Source of the DNA: an uncultured Verrucomicrobiales bacterium
GTDB taxonomy: Bacteria > Verrucomicrobiota > Verrucomicrobiia > Verrucomicrobiales > DEV007
Assembly (NCBI GenBank): GCA_938091905.1
Contig: CALKOM010000042.1
Span: 1-16,683 of the forward strand
Direction: 5' to 3'
Length of the DNA: 16,683 nt
Shown: positions 14,268 to 16,683 of the stretch, piece by piece
Layout of the letters: every line of letters starts with the position of its first letter
Numbering within the stretch: position 1 is the first letter of the stretch
Made by a program: the position numbers and the translations under genes
Notes under the pieces: model-generated
Database searches by the model: none
The model's input: only the letters and a program-made list of their open reading frames with translations
Told to the model about the DNA's origin: nothing

Positions 14268-15569
14268 CTAATAATCCGCCGGAATCACCCTGGCCGTGAA
14301 AGTCACGTCACGGGAGGGCATGGTAAACATGAACGAGCGCCTCTGGGGCAGAGGAATGTCGACTTGCTGGTCGGTGTGCCAGTAGAAATGGCGGTTGGTG
14401 CCGACGTTGGACTCGGCGCGTTCAGCGGTGACGGTCACGGTGTCGCCGGGCTGTGGGTTGGTGGGTTTGGCAGTGCCTCCGACGACGGCTAACTTGACGG
14501 GGTCGGTGCCGTAGAGGGGCATGATCTGGGTATCGCTCGCGGCGGTGGTGTAGACCGCGGTGCGGGCCGCGGGATCGGCGAACGTACCGCTAGCACTGGC
14601 CCACTTGACGAAACGTTTGCCGTTCCAGGTTTCACGCGCCGTGATGCGGATCACGGATCCGGGCTCGAAGAAGCCGTGTCGCGCGGTGTCGCCTATGAAG
14701 CCTCGCTCGCCGCTCACAAACTCCAAGATGGTTCCCCCGTCCACCTGCACCAAGGTGTTGACGGGCGTCCCGTGAGACTGCGAGAGCATCCATTCCATGC
14801 GCAGGTCGAAGTACTTCCGGTCCGCATCGCTGGGCTCATCAATGTGCCCCTCGCCGGGAATCATGGTGACTCGCCCATAGCCTCCGCAGTCGAGGTGGTT
14901 CTGTAAGAGCGCGATCTGCTCCGAGATCTTCGAGACAGGGTCGAGCGGACAATGCTGGACCCAGACCGGTGTCCCCACCGTCTCACACGTTTCCGGGGTG
15001 GCGCCCCGGCGCACCACGTCACAGGCGTAGGCGCCGATCGGCAGGATGGCGGCAATCCGGTACTTCGGGGCGGCGATGCTCGCGATCTCCCACGCTCCCC
15101 TGCCGCCCATGCTGAATCCCGTGACGTAGACGCGGTCGGCGTTGATGTTGACCTGACGCTTCACGTGATCGAGCAGCCGCTTGAACTTGTCCATGTCCCA
15201 GCTGAAGCCTGGTTTGGCAGGCGCGACATGGAGGTAGCCTCTTCCAAACTGATTGGGATGGTTGCCGCTATACCCCGCAGCCGTCCACGGCTTGTTATCC
15301 ACCAGCCGATCGGACACCATGTTCTTCATCGCCTCCTTTGGGTGATCGCGTCCGGTACTCCCGTGGAGGAAGAACACCACGGGATAGAGATGCTCCGGCT
15401 TGTAGTCCTTGGGCACCCAGAGCGAATACTGATACGTGTCCGCCGGGACCGCTCCGGACGCGTGGGTGAAAACGTGTTGGGCACCCGGGGTGTAGTTCTC
15501 AGCTCGCAACGGGGCAGCGGAGACGAATGCGAGCAGAAGGAGAAACGTGAAGAGACGGCGATCGACCAT
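14268..15569 (-). CDS. Exported alpha/beta hydrolase (esterase/peptidase-like) with two C-terminal InlB B-repeat/Flg_new-like modules
   Basis: YPVVFFLHG, DRVYVTGFSMGG (GxSxG nucleophile), candidate Asp in HCPLDP and His in GEGH. C-terminal GSVIRITA..TWNGKRFVKW and GDTVTVTA...FYWH...FTMPSRDVTFTA. The ATG at 15569 gives signal MVDRRLFTFLLLLAFVSAAPLRA; the track start at 15623 is an alternative. Confidence 0.85.
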   Translation of the reverse strand: MVDRRLFTFLLLLAFVSAAPLRAENYTPGAQHVFTHASGAVPADTYQYSLWVPKDYKPEHLYPVVFFLHGSTGRDHPKEAMKNMVSDRLVDNKPWTAAGYSGNHPNQFGRGYLHVAPAKPGFSWDMDKFKRLLDHVKRQVNINADRVYVTGFSMGGRGAWEIASIAAPKYRIAAILPIGAYACDVVRRGATPETCETVGTPVWVQHCPLDPVSKISEQIALLQNHLDCGGYGRVTMIPGEGHIDEPSDADRKYFDLRMEWMLSQSHGTPVNTLVQVDGGTILEFVSGERGFIGDTARHGFFEPGSVIRITARETWNGKRFVKWASASGTFADPAARTAVYTTAASDTQIMPLYGTDPVKLAVVGGTAKPTNPQPGDTVTVTAERAESNVGTNRHFYWHTDQQVDIPLPQRRSFMFTMPSRDVTFTARVIPADY

Positions 15570-15653
15570 GGCTTGAAGGAGGGCCTGTCCGAAGGACGGA
15601 GGCTTGATAGGGCTCGACTTCATAGGCGGTATTTGAGGGACTGTTCGGTTGAG

Positions 15654-16683
15654 ATGCGTTCACCGTCTACAGTCGTCCTAGCCTTGCTGACTTTCGCCCT
15701 GCTTGTCCAGTCCGCACACGCGGACTGGAAGGGCAGCACCGTGCTCGTCGCGCCACAGAACGCGGAGACGGTCGTGCGACGCCCTGGCAATGACGCCATC
15801 CTCTTCAAGCACACGGATCCGCAACTCGCGATCGAGTGGGGCATGGCAAATGCCCGCAACACGGTCGTCCTGGCCGGCACGTATGTCGTGTCCGATCGCA
15901 TTGATGTGCCCCGAGACGGCGTCACGCTCATCATCGATCAGGGTGCGGAAATTTCACCCAAGCCGGGTGCCGAATTCACCTCACCGACACCAGGGTTTCG
16001 CGGTCGGAACGGCGAATACTACCCGTTCGGCGTGTTGATCTACAACCAGAAGAACCACGTGCGCGTGCTCATGTTAGGCACGGTGAAGACCAAAGGCTTT
16101 CCCGTCATGTTCGACGGCCGGAATGAACAGGGTAACTGCGGTCTGGAGGGCGGCCTGCTGCTGGGCACTGGCCAGGCCACCGATACCTACTGGCTCGTGG
16201 ACTCCCGCAACGTCCAGGTGCCGATCGCCACCCTCAACACCGGAACTGGATCGACCGTTGCCATGGAAGGTTGTGAAGACTGCCACTTAGGCATGCTCGC
16301 TAACGTAGCCGCGAAGCCAGGCGGGATGACAGAGGAAACGATCGATCTCAACTCACGCTGCTTCAACATCACCATCGAGCAACTGCTCGGGGAGCGCGCC
16401 AATGAGATCATCGACTGCAATGAAAGTCACACTATGGTGCAAGAGTTAGTATCCATCGGCGAGCCTAGGAAACTCTTCGCCCGCGGCAACCCCTCTGGCC
16501 CACGCTTCACCAGTCGCCATTCCTTCAACACCCGTTCCCTGGACGTTAGAACCATCACCATCCTCAAGGACGCGGTCCACTCGCGGCTTATCCACGAGAT
16601 CCCCGCATTTCCCGAAGCGCTTCCGGAATTCACGATCAAGACCACCGTCGAAGTCACCTTCAAGGACGGGCGCAAGAAACGCT
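15654..16683 (+). CDS. Exported right-handed parallel beta-helix (pectin lyase-like fold) protein, 3'-truncated by the window
   Basis: Not in the ORF track because no stop falls inside the window. My translation is open for 343 codons: MRSPSTVVLALLTFALLVQSAHA-DWKGSTVLV...QLAIEWGMANARNTVVLAGTYVVSDRIDVPRDGVTLIIDQGAEI...LVDSRNVQV...MEGCEDCHLG...ETIDLNSRCFNITIEQ...EIIDCNESH...KDGRKKR. Confidence 0.8.
   Translation, partial: MRSPSTVVLALLTFALLVQSAHADWKGSTVLVAPQNAETVVRRPGNDAILFKHTDPQLAIEWGMANARNTVVLAGTYVVSDRIDVPRDGVTLIIDQGAEISPKPGAEFTSPTPGFRGRNGEYYPFGVLIYNQKNHVRVLMLGTVKTKGFPVMFDGRNEQGNCGLEGGLLLGTGQATDTYWLVDSRNVQVPIATLNTGTGSTVAMEGCEDCHLGMLANVAAKPGGMTEETIDLNSRCFNITIEQLLGERANEIIDCNESHTMVQELVSIGEPRKLFARGNPSGPRFTSRHSFNTRSLDVRTITILKDAVHSRLIHEIPAFPEALPEFTIKTTVEVTFKDGRKKR

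Noticed and set aside
457..16675. Many 60-250 aa overlapping or antisense ORFs (e.g. 1099-1650, 3491-4036, 5041-5733, 7969-8724, 9019-9708, 13320-13793, 15620-15934)
   Set aside because: They are shadow frames of well-supported genes in GC-rich DNA and carry no recognisable motifs.

Overview
This is a gene-dense bacterial window. Its gene content (S1 sulfatase, BNR/sialidase-like propellers, DUF1501 remnants, a large acidic PA14-containing surface protein) points to the Verrucomicrobiota/Planctomycetota; this is inferred from content only. It holds 11 intact or window-truncated CDSs, mostly predicted exported enzymes or carbohydrate-binding proteins: a lactonase, an EEP-fold phosphoesterase, a sialidase-like protein, a sulfatase, an SGNH esterase, a 1110-aa triple-repeat/PA14 protein, a DUF5107 plus sialidase-like fusion, an HEXXH metallopeptidase, an alpha/beta hydrolase with C-terminal repeats, and a beta-helix protein missing from the ORF track. 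Between them lie three decayed gene fragments: two different DUF1501 C-termini and a frameshifted piece resembling a conjugative VirB4-type ATPase. A perfect 26-bp palindrome sits between convergent genes. I found no RNA genes, CRISPR array, intact transposase/integrase, transporter or regulator. The region reads as a mosaic accessory island of secreted glycan/ester-processing genes. The best novelty candidates are the repeat/PA14 protein, the DUF5107-propeller fusion, the VirB4-like relic and the palindrome. All family calls come from motif recognition by eye; no searches were run.
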